Shown here piece after piece: positions 10,072 through 20,060 of a DNA stretch of 64,000 nucleotides. Under the pieces are notes generated by a model. That model searched no databases. It saw only the letters and a list, made by a program, of their open reading frames with translations, and had not been told where the DNA came from. The DNA is from Myxococcales bacterium (GTDB lineage Bacteria > Myxococcota_A > Polyangia > Polyangiales > GCA-016699535): NCBI GenBank assembly GCA_016699535.1, contig CP064980.1, positions 3,296,835-3,360,834 on the forward strand. Direction: 5' to 3'. Position numbers and translations under genes: made by a program. Each line of letters starts with the position of its first letter. Position 1 is the stretch's first letter.

Positions 10072-11883
10072 CTATAGCATTTTGTGTTGGTAGAGCGCGC
10101 CATCATGAAAATCATGTCTTCGGTAGTAGGGTCGTGTACCCACAGCCGAGATCACCGAGAGCGTTCGATAGCCTGCTTGCTTGGCCAGTTTTTCAGCCTC
10201 CAACAGCAACGTCCTGCCCACGCCACGATGTTGGCCCGAATGCTTTTGCTTTTGGCCCAATGCCATGGCCTGGCCATAAACATGCAACTCCCGAATCATG
10301 ACAGAATTGGCAATTTCTGGCTCTAAACACGCCATGTTTGGCATAAAAATGCGTATAAATCCAACAACCCTGTCATTCCCGCATAGCGATTCAATGAAGT
10401 ACTCCGTGCCTTCTTCAAGCAGATAGCAGCTATGCTTGATATGAAAATCAATTCCCAAAGCTGAACTTGCGCGAATCTCGCGCGCACGAATATCAAGCAA
10501 GGTTTTACCCAACTGGCGTGCTTTGGCTTCGGCTGCTTCGCGCAAATTGCTTTGCACGTTGCCAGTCACAATATCGCCTGCGGGAATATCGCGCACCACG
10601 CGACTCAAGCGACAATATCGTGGTGTATGCGTCAAAACATGAACCAACACGTCACACAACACCTCGGTCGAATAAGGTTGCCACCTTCCATCTTGATAGG
10701 CCTGCATAAGTTCGGTGTTCTCGATTAGACTGCAAGGATAGATTTTGAGTTCGTCCGGATAAAAAGCAGGGTCACTAAACAACCGCAAAAAATCTTGCTT
10801 GTCTTTTTCAGGATCGCTGCCAAACAGATTAGGCATCCAGTGCGCTTGAAGCTTAAAGCCATAGCGACGCACAAGCTTCGCGGCTTTGCGTGCTGCAGCT
10901 ACATCGTGGCCGCGTTTGTTCAACGCCAAGACCTCGTCATCCAAGCTTTGCAAACCCAGCTGGATTTTGGTGCAGCCCAAACGACGCAGCTCGACTAACA
11001 CATCCTCACTGATTTCATCGGGTCGAGTCTCAACGCTAAGGCCCACGCAGCGTGCCGAAGAGTTCTCGTTTTCGTTATGTGCTTTTTCGAGTTCAGTCCA
11101 AGAGCAATCTTCGTGTGAACTTCGATGGGCCGGGACCTCGGCGTTGTAGTTCGTTTTCTTCAAATCGATGCTGCGTGGCAGCCCGGAATTGTCAAAGGTG
11201 TTTTTTGCTAAAATGCTCGGCCGCTCATCGAGACCCGCTGCAAAATCGTTCATGGCATCGAAACAGCGCTTGATAAACCAACGACGGTAACTTTCCGGAT
11301 AATGCGTCCAGGTCCCGCCGAGCACGATAAGCTCAACTTTGTCGGTGCCATGGCCAATGGCGCGGAACACATTAAGTCGACCCCAAGTCTGCAAATAGGG
11401 ATCAAAGGCATTGTCCTCGGCCCGTTGCGCTCCAGGCTCGTCGCTAAGATAGCTTTTGGGCATACGCACATCGTTTGGACAAAAGATGCACTGCCCCGGA
11501 CAAGGAAAGGGTTTGCAGAACACCGTGACGGGACTTACGCCACTTAGTGAACGCACCGGTCGCATGCGAAGGCGATGCAAAAACTCACGTTCGCTCACCT
11601 CAAAGGGATGCACGTTGCTTAGCGCACGGAAGCCTGCGATGATCTGACTGCGTGAGAAAAGGCCCTTTCCTGCCCGGGGATACCGCTTGAGGAGTCGCTG
11701 AATGAGCTTTGCTGAAAGCGGAGCCGCAGGATCGGGCAGAGCCAACATGCTCTGCTCAAGCTCGCGCAGCAGGGGCAAAAGCTCAACTTCATACGCTGTG
11801 ATATCGAAATGACTTGCAGGCGGGCTTTTGCGCCTGGCAGGGGCTCGCTCGGCAAGACTCTGGTAACTTTCAATTGCTTTCAT
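10072..11883 (-). CDS. elp3: Elp3-family radical SAM / GNAT acetyltransferase (tRNA wobble-uridine modification enzyme homologue)
   Basis: Cys cluster CPGQCIFCPND, then GHGTDKVELIVLGGTWTHYP. C-terminal GNAT block IRELHVYGQ...QHRGVGRTLLLEAE. The ATG at 11883 (MKAIESY) is preferred over the upstream start at 11904. Confidence 0.8.
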   Translation of the reverse strand: MKAIESYQSLAERAPARRKSPPASHFDITAYEVELLPLLRELEQSMLALPDPAAPLSAKLIQRLLKRYPRAGKGLFSRSQIIAGFRALSNVHPFEVSEREFLHRLRMRPVRSLSGVSPVTVFCKPFPCPGQCIFCPNDVRMPKSYLSDEPGAQRAEDNAFDPYLQTWGRLNVFRAIGHGTDKVELIVLGGTWTHYPESYRRWFIKRCFDAMNDFAAGLDERPSILAKNTFDNSGLPRSIDLKKTNYNAEVPAHRSSHEDCSWTELEKAHNENENSSARCVGLSVETRPDEISEDVLVELRRLGCTKIQLGLQSLDDEVLALNKRGHDVAAARKAAKLVRRYGFKLQAHWMPNLFGSDPEKDKQDFLRLFSDPAFYPDELKIYPCSLIENTELMQAYQDGRWQPYSTEVLCDVLVHVLTHTPRYCRLSRVVRDIPAGDIVTGNVQSNLREAAEAKARQLGKTLLDIRAREIRASSALGIDFHIKHSCYLLEEGTEYFIESLCGNDRVVGFIRIFMPNMACLEPEIANSVMIRELHVYGQAMALGQKQKHSGQHRGVGRTLLLEAEKLAKQAGYRTLSVISAVGTRPYYRRHDFHDGALYQHKML

Positions 11884-11898
11884 GGTACAAACACAGCC

Positions 11899-12816
11899 AT
11901 GCAATCCATCTTAGAAGCTCGAACTACCGCGCTTTGCTTGATGATAGCAAGCCTGCTGAGTCCCACCTTGGCCTGCGCCCAAAAAAGCGCTTGGACCGAA
12001 GCGCTCTTTACCGAAAATCGCGCTTTTGATGACACCAAAGCACCCAGCGTGCTCGTGCACGGGCATGGTCAAACGATGCCGCACACCCTGGTGATATTTT
12101 TGCATGGCTGGAATGGTTGTGCGCTGCGCTTAATGAAGGACGGACAGCAGGCATGTTATGAGGGCGGCAGAAAAGGTATGGGCTGGGACCTGGCAAGGCA
12201 TTTTGATCAGACTGAGCAAGATGCCTTGTTTCTGATCCCGCAGCTTGCGCTACTGAAGCGTCACGGCAAGCCAGGCGCATTCGCTAAAGCCAATGTGTTT
12301 CAACGATTTCTCGATGAAAGCCTAGAGCAACTTGAAACGCGAGGTCGACTGAAAGACGCTGACATCGAACACGTCGATTCCATTATCCTTGTTGCGCACA
12401 GCGCCGGTTACGAAACGGCGCTTGCCTTGATTGCAAACAGCGGCGTTGAAGAGAAAATCAAAACCATTGTTTTGTTTGATAGTTTATATTCTCAGCCCGA
12501 AGCCTTTGCAGATTGGTTGCTTGAAAAGCCCGAACAGCGACGCTTGATTTCTTATTTCCTGCCTAAAGGCACACCCCATCAACTCAATAAGAAGTTACGT
12601 GATTTGCTTGATGAGCATCACTACCCTCGCCAAGAACTCGTTGTTCACGCAAACAAAGCGCACTTATCACAGGCTTCGGCACTTTTCATTCAAACACAAG
12701 TGCAGCATGGAGCGCTGGCCAAAAGCTATCTTACGCAGGCTTTGCGTTTAGCTTCGAGGCTACTTGCTTTGCCATCGCGTAGTACTCCGAGAAACGCGGA
12801 TACGCGAGCACGTTGA
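11899..12816 (+). CDS. Secreted alpha/beta-hydrolase-like protein
   Basis: Signal peptide MQSILEARTTALCLMIASLLSPTLACA. Nucleophile-elbow-like VAHSAGY. The 3' end overlaps the convergent gene by 86 bp. Confidence 0.5.
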   Translation: MQSILEARTTALCLMIASLLSPTLACAQKSAWTEALFTENRAFDDTKAPSVLVHGHGQTMPHTLVIFLHGWNGCALRLMKDGQQACYEGGRKGMGWDLARHFDQTEQDALFLIPQLALLKRHGKPGAFAKANVFQRFLDESLEQLETRGRLKDADIEHVDSIILVAHSAGYETALALIANSGVEEKIKTIVLFDSLYSQPEAFADWLLEKPEQRRLISYFLPKGTPHQLNKKLRDLLDEHHYPRQELVVHANKAHLSQASALFIQTQVQHGALAKSYLTQALRLASRLLALPSRSTPRNADTRAR

Positions 12817-13285
12817 GCACCAACGCAAACACAAACAAGACCCAGGCTTCTTTGAGTGTTCCAGCGCCGAAGACAACGACTAAGCCAAAAACAGCGATGG
12901 ATTCATGCAAGGCCCAACTTATAAGCAAGGGGGCCGTGACCCACCCTGGCACACGAAGCATGAGCTGTTCTTGCTCGCCAAGCCCCTCGAGCATGGGCCT
13001 GATTTCCGGGCGGGGATCCGCCTGAAGAAATGTTTCTAAGCGTGCTTCGCTTATCAACGTGCGTCGGATGAGCATCGATGCAAGACTCGCCCCGACGACA
13101 ACCATCATAATGACAGTATTGGGAATTAAAAAAGAGGGCTCTCTGTCCTGAACACTGCTGGCCACGATGAAGCCAATCACAGCGTACATGGGAATGCTGA
13201 CACACAGCGCAAGCCATATAAACTTCAATGTTGTTTCCAGCTTTCTCTGCTTTTGGCGAAAAAATGAAGATATCGATGGGTCCAC
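12731..13285 (-). CDS. Hypothetical integral membrane protein (about 4 TM helices)
   Basis: Four long hydrophobic segments in a 184-aa ORF. No motif recognised. Confidence 0.45.
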   Translation of the reverse strand: MDPSISSFFRQKQRKLETTLKFIWLALCVSIPMYAVIGFIVASSVQDREPSFLIPNTVIMMVVVGASLASMLIRRTLISEARLETFLQADPRPEIRPMLEGLGEQEQLMLRVPGWVTAPLLISWALHESIAVFGLVVVFGAGTLKEAWVLFVFALVLNVLAYPRFSEYYAMAKQVASKLNAKPA

Positions 13286-13446
13286 AATTAACGAGTCTAT
13301 TGATTACTTGAGACTTGTCCAGAAAGCGAAGATTCGCGAAAACCAAGGGATATCCGCCATTGTTAGTGCCCTCGGAATACTGTAATTACTATCCTCCTGT
13401 CGTGCTTTACAGTAGCCGACAAACATTACTCGCGACTGTTTTAAAA

Positions 13447-14045
13447 ATGAAACAAATAGACGAAATTTAGATTTTTGGTTTGGGCCCATCGAGTTTGACC
13501 AAATACCCATTCAAGAGAAAAAAGAGCGGTGGTACAAGAAAGATCCTCAATTTGATCAAACGCTAAAAGAGCGCTGGTTCGATGCTCTGCAAGCCGCCAA
13601 ACGAGACGCTTTAGACGACTGGGCGACCAGTCCTCGCGGAAGTCTTGCTCTGATTATTCTTATCGATCAATTCGGGCGTAATATTTTTCGAAATACCGCA
13701 GCGAGTTTTGAAGGTGATAAAAAAGCACTAGCGATTGCCAAGCAAGCGCTAGACCGACATTTTGATCGGGAACTTCCTTGGGCTATGCGAGTTTTTCTGT
13801 ATATGCCCTTCATGCATTCCGAGGATTTAGTCGATCAAGAGCATTGTGTGGAATTGTTTAAAAGCCTTAAACACAACGCTCCGGAGCATTTTAAGAAAGC
13901 TTTTGACCAGAACATCGACTATGCTATCAAGCACAAGGATATCATCAAGCGCTTTGACCGTTTTCCTCATCGCAATGCCATCCTTGGACGCAAGAGCACG
14001 CCTGAGGAATCCGCATTTTTAGAGCAACCAGGTTCATCGTTTTAA
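13447..14045 (+). CDS. DUF924 family protein, apparent 1-nt frameshift near the 5' end
   Basis: The frame that ends at 14045 is open from 13416 and reads LDFWFGP...WYKKDPQFD...SLALIILIDQFGRNIFR...FPHRNAILGR. The only ATG (13447, MKQIDEI) is in another frame and stops at 13468-13470. Adding one T to the T-run at 13466-13468 would join them. Confidence 0.7.
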
Positions 14046-14073
14046 ATTAATCGTTTTATTTAAGGATTCACAC

Positions 14074-14802
14074 GTGTTTGAAGGCTTCGATCTTAGTCCG
14101 GGCTACCATCTCGGCTCTCACTACAAAGTGGTGCGCTTTTTAGGTTGCGGCTCCGAAGGAGAAGTCTATCAGATTGAAGAAACGAAAACTGGGATCCACC
14201 GTGCGGCAAAGCTGTATTTTGAGAGCGCTGTGCCAAGCGACAAAGCGGTCGTCTGGCACGCAAAAAAACTAAACAAACTGCGGCACTGCCCCATCGTGCT
14301 TCAATACCATCACACGCAGACTGTTCAGCTGCGGGGGCGCCAGGTGCTTTGCCTTATTTCGGAGTTTTGTGAAGGTGTCCCACTTGGCCTTTGGGTGAAC
14401 TCCCAGCCCAAAAAGCGGCTTCATCCCTATCTCGCCCTGCACATGCTCTATTGGATTGTGTGCGGCGTGGAACGCATTCACGCGCTTGGCGAGTACCACT
14501 CAGATATCCATTCACACAACATCCTTGTCTGGCCCCAAGGCGTTGGATTCAATTTGAAGCTGGTCGATTTTTACAATTGGGGCAAGCCCGCGCCTCGAAA
14601 GCGAAAGCAAGACGTCATCGATGCTATCAATGTTCTGTACGAATGCCTTGGTGGTAAGAAACGCTATTCCAAACTAAGTCCACAAGTAAAATACATCTGC
14701 GCTGGCCTAAAAACGGATCTAATTTTAGAGCGCTTCCCAACGATGAGTGCGCTACGGCTCCACCTTGAAACCTTTGATTGGTATAGAATTCCAAGCCACT
14801 AG
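14074..14802 (+). CDS. Small protein-kinase-like protein (atypical or minimal kinase fold)
   Basis: GTG start. Glycine loop LGCGSEGEVY, AAKLY lysine, catalytic-loop-like HSDIHSHNILV and KLVDFYNWG (DFG equivalent). At 242 aa it has no extra domains. Confidence 0.6.
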   Translation: MFEGFDLSPGYHLGSHYKVVRFLGCGSEGEVYQIEETKTGIHRAAKLYFESAVPSDKAVVWHAKKLNKLRHCPIVLQYHHTQTVQLRGRQVLCLISEFCEGVPLGLWVNSQPKKRLHPYLALHMLYWIVCGVERIHALGEYHSDIHSHNILVWPQGVGFNLKLVDFYNWGKPAPRKRKQDVIDAINVLYECLGGKKRYSKLSPQVKYICAGLKTDLILERFPTMSALRLHLETFDWYRIPSH

Positions 14803-14806
14803 AACG

Positions 14807-15565
14807 CTATTGGCTTAGGCGAAAGATAACAAAGCTTAGATCATCGGGCTTGCTTGGAATCTCACTGCCCTGAACTTCAGGAGGACTCATACGCTTGGTG
14901 CAGGCCTCGATTAAAGACTGTGCTGCATCCGCGATGGGACCTTTTCGAATGCACTTTACGATTTCTCCAAGGTAGAGATTATCAGTCAGTCCATCACTTG
15001 AAATAAGAACGGTATCGTTAGGGCTAAGTTCAACACTCGGACCCACTTCAATACGCATCTCTGAGGTTCCAACATAATTGGAAACGATATGACGCTGCTC
15101 GTGTTTCATGGCTTGTAGTTCGTTGATAAGACCAGCTTCGAGACCGTAACCCACCGGACCGTGTGAAATGTTCTGATGCTTAATTCGTCCTCGCCGACCA
15201 ACCACCAGAATGCTTGAATCGCCTATATGAATAGGTTTTATTTTTTTCTCCTCGATCAAGACAAGTGCCAGCGTGGTAGCTGCGCCAGTTCCTAAAGCCA
15301 GAATCTCTTGGTTGGCATGCTCTATACCGCTGATCATGGTTGCCCGACGCAGAACTGAATCGGCGGGTTTCGGCTGCCACGATTTGGCCAAATTCTCGAG
15401 TAACATTCGAGCCGCCTTAGCGCCGGAGCGACTCCCTCCCACACCATCGGCCACTGCGATAAAACCAGTTTGCGAGTCGAGCTCCAAAAGAGCGGCGGCG
15501 TCTTGGTTTTCGCCGCTGCCTTTGGGTCGTCCTCGACTAAATGCGGCTACAGTGCCCCCCTGCAA
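14807..15565 (-). CDS. PP2C-family Ser/Thr protein phosphatase
   Basis: ADGVGG and SDGLTDNL metal-binding motifs, with typical length. Confidence 0.8.
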   Translation of the reverse strand: MQGGTVAAFSRGRPKGSGENQDAAALLELDSQTGFIAVADGVGGSRSGAKAARMLLENLAKSWQPKPADSVLRRATMISGIEHANQEILALGTGAATTLALVLIEEKKIKPIHIGDSSILVVGRRGRIKHQNISHGPVGYGLEAGLINELQAMKHEQRHIVSNYVGTSEMRIEVGPSVELSPNDTVLISSDGLTDNLYLGEIVKCIRKGPIADAAQSLIEACTKRMSPPEVQGSEIPSKPDDLSFVIFRLSQ

Positions 15566-15654
15566 AAGGAAAAACCTCCGCAGTCTCTAGATTTGCTTCA
15601 AAATACGACCGCATTACATGAGCGATTATATCGAAAGCGGAGGAAAACAACGAA

Positions 15655-15670
15655 ATTCATAAAAATGAAT
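15655..15670. promoter_or_regulatory. Inverted repeat ATTCAT-AAAA-ATGAAT upstream of the PP2C gene, within a direct repeat of AATTCATAAAAA
   Basis: Seen directly. The 6-bp arms have a 4-nt spacer. The flanking 12-mer AATTCATAAAAA occurs twice (15654-15665 and 15668-15679). Confidence 0.2.
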
Positions 15671-15758
15671 TCATAAAAACACCTCTATGTATGCGATCAT
15701 CGCAACAAACCCACTACTCTTTTGAACAGTAGGAGACGCGAGCAATGGTGCTTCCGGG

Positions 15759-16370
15759 CTAGCCAAGCCGATGATTGTGGGCAAGTCGCATGTATTTCGC
15801 GGCCAACTGGCGATGAAAGCGCTCATCTTCACCGCTGAGCTTCTTTACAACCTTGCCAGGAACACCAAGCACTAGGCTTCGTGGGGGGATGATCGTTTCA
15901 GCAGTGACTAAAGCCCCTGCCCCAATCACGCTGCCTTCTCCAATCACAGCAGCATCAAGCACTGTGGATTGAATGCCAATCAAACATGCATCCTCTACGC
16001 GGCAGCCATGCAGCACTACCCGGTGCCCTACGACGACATCGTTGCCAACCCATGTGGGGTCGGTATCGCCAAGATGCACAACTGAACCATCCTGGATATT
16101 GCTACCTTCACCAAGGTCAATGCGGTTAATGTCAGCTCGCAGCACAACACCTGGCCACACACTGCTCTTGGGACCAAGCGTCACTTGTCCAATAAGCACC
16201 GCTCCGGGAGCAACATATGCATCCTCTGCAACCGAAGGAAGATGCTCGAGATAACGTTTAAAGATCGCGCCAGCAAAACGCTCTTCAAGGACACGAAGAC
16301 TTCGCTCGAGCTCTTCGATATTTTTCGGTGGCTCGTTTACGGTTTGTACTGAATCAACAATCGTTCGCAT
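15759..16370 (-). CDS. Gamma-carbonic-anhydrase-like / left-handed beta-helix (hexapeptide) protein
   Basis: Hexapeptide repeats and a His pattern (VVHLG, VGHRVVLHGC) typical of YrdA/PaaY-like proteins. Confidence 0.8.
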   Translation of the reverse strand: MRTIVDSVQTVNEPPKNIEELERSLRVLEERFAGAIFKRYLEHLPSVAEDAYVAPGAVLIGQVTLGPKSSVWPGVVLRADINRIDLGEGSNIQDGSVVHLGDTDPTWVGNDVVVGHRVVLHGCRVEDACLIGIQSTVLDAAVIGEGSVIGAGALVTAETIIPPRSLVLGVPGKVVKKLSGEDERFHRQLAAKYMRLAHNHRLG

Positions 16371-16379
16371 GGCTATGTA

Positions 16380-19157
16380 CTATCCTGTATTTCGCAGTCC
16401 CTGAGCAATACCATTAAGGGTTGTGCTTAGCACAGCGCGAAGTCTTATCGTTTCATCGCTTTGTTCCCCGTGATTCTTTTTTAGCTTCAGCAGTTTGACC
16501 TGAAGCAACGAGAGGGGATCAATGTAGGGATCACGTAGTCTAAGAGCCGCTTGTAGGCCTTCTTGATTATCTAAGAGCGCCTTTTGTTCCCGAATAGCTA
16601 GAATGGCGTCCACAGTACTGCGATACTCTTCTTTCAGGCGCTCAAAGAGAGGCCGTCCTTCCGGGCAGAGTTCGCTTATATAGAGTTCTGCGATTTCAAA
16701 ATCGGCTTTTGCACACACCATTTCGACTTTGGCTAAGAAATCATCAAAAAACGGCCACACCTTGATCATCCGCTGAAGTCTGTGAAGCCCCTTCGCATCG
16801 CTCATCACCTTTTTCAAGGCGGTACCAACCCCCAGCCACCCAGGAAGCATGATTCGGTTTTGATTCCAACCAAACACCCAGGGAATGGCACGAATACCTT
16901 TGAAGGTTCCCGTTCCCTTATCCCGGTAGGCAGGACGCGAACCAAAATGCACATGCGCAAGCTCTGAGACCGGCGTACTGCTTTGAAACAAGCTAAACAG
17001 CTCGGCATGTTCATGGACCATGTCTCGGAAAACCACTAAGGCTTCCTTTGACATCGATTTCATTAACTGTTCAAATTCCGACTGTTCGCTCTGATCGACA
17101 CCCTTGCGCCAATCTTCAACACAAGCGACCAAGGTGCCCGCAAGACTTACTTCTAAGCTTTGCTGCGCTACAGAAAAGATTCCATACTTCTGAGAAATAA
17201 CTTCACCTTGTTCGGTGATTTTAACAATACCATCCATCGTGCCCGGAGGAAGCGCGCTTAACGCTCGAACAACCGGCGAGCCACCTCCCCGACCAACGCT
17301 TCCGCCACGACCGTGGAAAAGCAAAAGTTGCACGCCCGCATCGCGACACACTTGCGCAAGCTTTCGCTGTGCATCGTACAGGGCCCAAGACGAAGGCAGA
17401 AGGCCTGCATCTTTAGCAGAGTCAGAGTATCCCAGCATGACTTCTTGGACTTTTCCGCGAGCTTCAAGCTGTCGCAGGTAAGCTGGGTTTTGGAAAAGTC
17501 TTTTCATGACATCCGACGCGTGCTCTAGGTCATCAAGAGTCTCAAACAGCGGCACCACATCAATCTCCGAGCGGGGAATTTCCGCTGCCAAGTCCACCAG
17601 ACCCGCTTCACGTGCAAGCAGCAAAACCCGAAGCAAGTCGTTCTCCGATTTCGTCATCGAAATGATGTAAGTGTTAGCTGATTCGGAACCAAAACGATCT
17701 TGCAAAGTGCGAATCGCATGAAAGGTATCCAATGTCCGTCTACTTCGTTTGGAGAGTTTCGATAAGTCACCCACGAGCGGCCGAGTTCCCAGGAGTTCTT
17801 TTTGCAGGGCTGCGGCGTCAAAGGCTTCTAAACGCAACAGCTTGGCGATTTCGTTCAAAGCTTCGGTATGCTCCTGAGCATCCTCACGCAGATCCAAATC
17901 GTAACCATGAAAACCATACATCTGCATCCGTAGTAACAAGGGCTGAAGCAACGTGGCCCGTGTCTGATGCGCACCACTTTTTCCCAAGGCCTCATCAACC
18001 AGCAATAGATCTTTTTCAAACTCGGCAACGTCTCGATAGCCAACGTAGGTCGCCGCAAGTGGCTGCAAGGGTTTTTCAGAGAGATGCTGCCTAGTTCGTC
18101 TCAAGCGACCTCGGATGAAGCTAAGCTTTAGCCGTATGGGCTCGTCAGCATCCCTGCGTTGATTCATTTCCCATATATCAGGCAGATCAAGGCAATCTTT
18201 TTGCATGGAAGCTCGCAAACTGGAAGGAACAGGAGCAAGGCGCTCGGAAAAGGAAAAACGTTCAATCAACTGATTGATGTTTTCGATGTATTTGCCAAGC
18301 ATGCTCCAGGCCGTGTTTTGCACAGCTTCGATTGTAATCTCCGGGGTCACGTAGGGATTACCATCGCGGTCTCCACCGACCCAACTCCCGACACGTACGA
18401 CGGCTGAAGGGACCAGGGCATCGCCAAACACAAGCTCAAACGCTTCAGAAGTACGTTGCGCCAAATCCGCACCCACCTCAAAGAAACCGTCCTCGAGATA
18501 CCAAAGATTTGTTCCAACCTCATCCATCACCAAAGGTCGGTCATGACGCACTTCAGAAGTCAGCCATAGCATTTCGACTTCAGCTTCGACTTCTTTTTCG
18601 ATCTCTTTGATTCGCGTTTCAGACGCATGGTCTCGCTCAAGCAAGCGATCGGCTATCCTCGCCTGCAAAGATAAAACTGTCCGCCGGGTGGCCTCGGTAG
18701 GATGTGCGGTAAGCACCGGTCTTACTTGCGTGTGCGCTATCTGTTCTCTAACTTGTTTTGACGTAAAACCTGCTTCTTTTAGACGCAGCATTGCCCACGG
18801 AAGTGTACCTGGAGCATGTTCACCGCCAGCATCATCGATCATTTGTTGATGCTTACGCGCACGGTCTACCTGTTCCGCTGTGTTGATAAGCAAGAAAAAC
18901 AGAGTGAACGCTCGAGAAACAATCGTCCATTGCTTTTCATCGATGCCCTCAAGGTGCTGATAGATCTCAAACAAGTTGGGCGCGCCTTCATCCCGCCGAC
19001 GTCGGGCACGACACTGGGTACGCATCAACTCCACTGCCTCGAAACTCGCTTGCCCTTCAAGGCGACGGATCACCTGGCCTAAAGTCGAAGAGAGCCAGCG
19101 AACATCTTCATGAAGCAAACGAGCACCATGCCCTTTGTGTAGCGACTGTGAATCCAT
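16380..19157 (-). CDS. ppc: Phosphoenolpyruvate carboxylase
   Basis: VLTAHPTE, GYSDSAKDAG, FHGRGGSVGRGG and C-terminal LRNTG. The ATG at 19157 (MDSQSL, preceded by AAAGG) is preferred to the GTG at 19226. Confidence 0.95.
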   Translation of the reverse strand: MDSQSLHKGHGARLLHEDVRWLSSTLGQVIRRLEGQASFEAVELMRTQCRARRRRDEGAPNLFEIYQHLEGIDEKQWTIVSRAFTLFFLLINTAEQVDRARKHQQMIDDAGGEHAPGTLPWAMLRLKEAGFTSKQVREQIAHTQVRPVLTAHPTEATRRTVLSLQARIADRLLERDHASETRIKEIEKEVEAEVEMLWLTSEVRHDRPLVMDEVGTNLWYLEDGFFEVGADLAQRTSEAFELVFGDALVPSAVVRVGSWVGGDRDGNPYVTPEITIEAVQNTAWSMLGKYIENINQLIERFSFSERLAPVPSSLRASMQKDCLDLPDIWEMNQRRDADEPIRLKLSFIRGRLRRTRQHLSEKPLQPLAATYVGYRDVAEFEKDLLLVDEALGKSGAHQTRATLLQPLLLRMQMYGFHGYDLDLREDAQEHTEALNEIAKLLRLEAFDAAALQKELLGTRPLVGDLSKLSKRSRRTLDTFHAIRTLQDRFGSESANTYIISMTKSENDLLRVLLLAREAGLVDLAAEIPRSEIDVVPLFETLDDLEHASDVMKRLFQNPAYLRQLEARGKVQEVMLGYSDSAKDAGLLPSSWALYDAQRKLAQVCRDAGVQLLLFHGRGGSVGRGGGSPVVRALSALPPGTMDGIVKITEQGEVISQKYGIFSVAQQSLEVSLAGTLVACVEDWRKGVDQSEQSEFEQLMKSMSKEALVVFRDMVHEHAELFSLFQSSTPVSELAHVHFGSRPAYRDKGTGTFKGIRAIPWVFGWNQNRIMLPGWLGVGTALKKVMSDAKGLHRLQRMIKVWPFFDDFLAKVEMVCAKADFEIAELYISELCPEGRPLFERLKEEYRSTVDAILAIREQKALLDNQEGLQAALRLRDPYIDPLSLLQVKLLKLKKNHGEQSDETIRLRAVLSTTLNGIAQGLRNTG

Positions 19158-19244
19158 ATCAACCTTTTTTAATTCGATAAATGCGAGACCTCCATAAAGG
19201 CGCCCGAAGGCTCTTTTGTCAAGCACGAGCGCGGTAGCTAAGCG

Positions 19245-20060
19245 CTATTTTCCCCAATCTTTAATCAGCGCCACTGCATGCTCCGGATTCTCCCAATGCA
19301 GCCGCGAGCAGTGTTGCACATCAATAAGCTGGCCGATATCGCACTTGGGTCGTATAAATGCATGCTCATGAATCACAGCTAACATCTCAAGCGGCTTCAT
19401 CGGACTAAGCTTTGTATGTTTTGATTGCTCTATCACAACCCAATGAACTTGAGTTGGAAGCACAGGCATTGTCGCCACTTCGCAATCCAACAAAGGATAA
19501 ATAGGTGAAGTGGCCAGCTGTCCGTGAACATCTTTCATCCGGCGATCCACAAAGCGATTCGAGTTGAACAGTGCCGGCCTTTTTGACGGTTCATCCACTC
19601 GTAAATCAAATTGGATACTGCGGGGCAAACCCCACAGAGAATGCCCATCACTCCAGATAAACTCGTCACTCAGGTAGCGAAAGCCTGCCTGCACAGACAG
19701 CAGACTTAAAGTCGACTTACCTGCGCCGCTTGGCCCCATCAGAACCACCGCGTTCTTCGATCGAACTACCGAAGCAGCATGCAGTAACATCAAGTCCTTA
19801 CTCGAGGAAGCCAATTGCAAATAAACCAGTGCTTCGAGCCTAGCTGTCAAATCATCGGCTACCTCAACACGTTCAACATCCTCGCCGTCTTGCTGAATGA
19901 CAAAAGCATGATTTTTTTCCGACACGACAAACTCGGTAGAATAGACGGGCGGAAGAACAGAGTGTTTGCACTGCCCCCATAACAACTCAAGCTGCCCAAG
20001 CAAAAAAGCTGGTCCCGCGATTCTGACTTCAAGGCAAGAGAAGAAAAAGCAAACCCTCAT
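19245..20060 (-). CDS. HPr-kinase-like (HprK-related) P-loop kinase
   Basis: LHAASVV...VVLMGPSGAGKSTLSLL...YLSDE is the pattern of the HprK C-terminal kinase fold. There is a 4-bp ATGA overlap with the upstream PqqD gene. Confidence 0.7.
   Translation of the reverse strand: MRVCFFFSCLEVRIAGPAFLLGQLELLWGQCKHSVLPPVYSTEFVVSEKNHAFVIQQDGEDVERVEVADDLTARLEALVYLQLASSSKDLMLLHAASVVRSKNAVVLMGPSGAGKSTLSLLSVQAGFRYLSDEFIWSDGHSLWGLPRSIQFDLRVDEPSKRPALFNSNRFVDRRMKDVHGQLATSPIYPLLDCEVATMPVLPTQVHWVVIEQSKHTKLSPMKPLEMLAVIHEHAFIRPKCDIGQLIDVQHCSRLHWENPEHAVALIKDWGK

Noticed and set aside
12731-12816. An 86-bp convergent overlap between the hydrolase-like gene and the membrane-protein gene, as a possible antisense regulatory arrangement.
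   Set aside because: The hydrolase C-terminal tail (…LASRLLALPSRSTPRNADTRAR) looks like read-through of non-conserved sequence. The overlap is more likely an over-extended ORF end than a designed feature.
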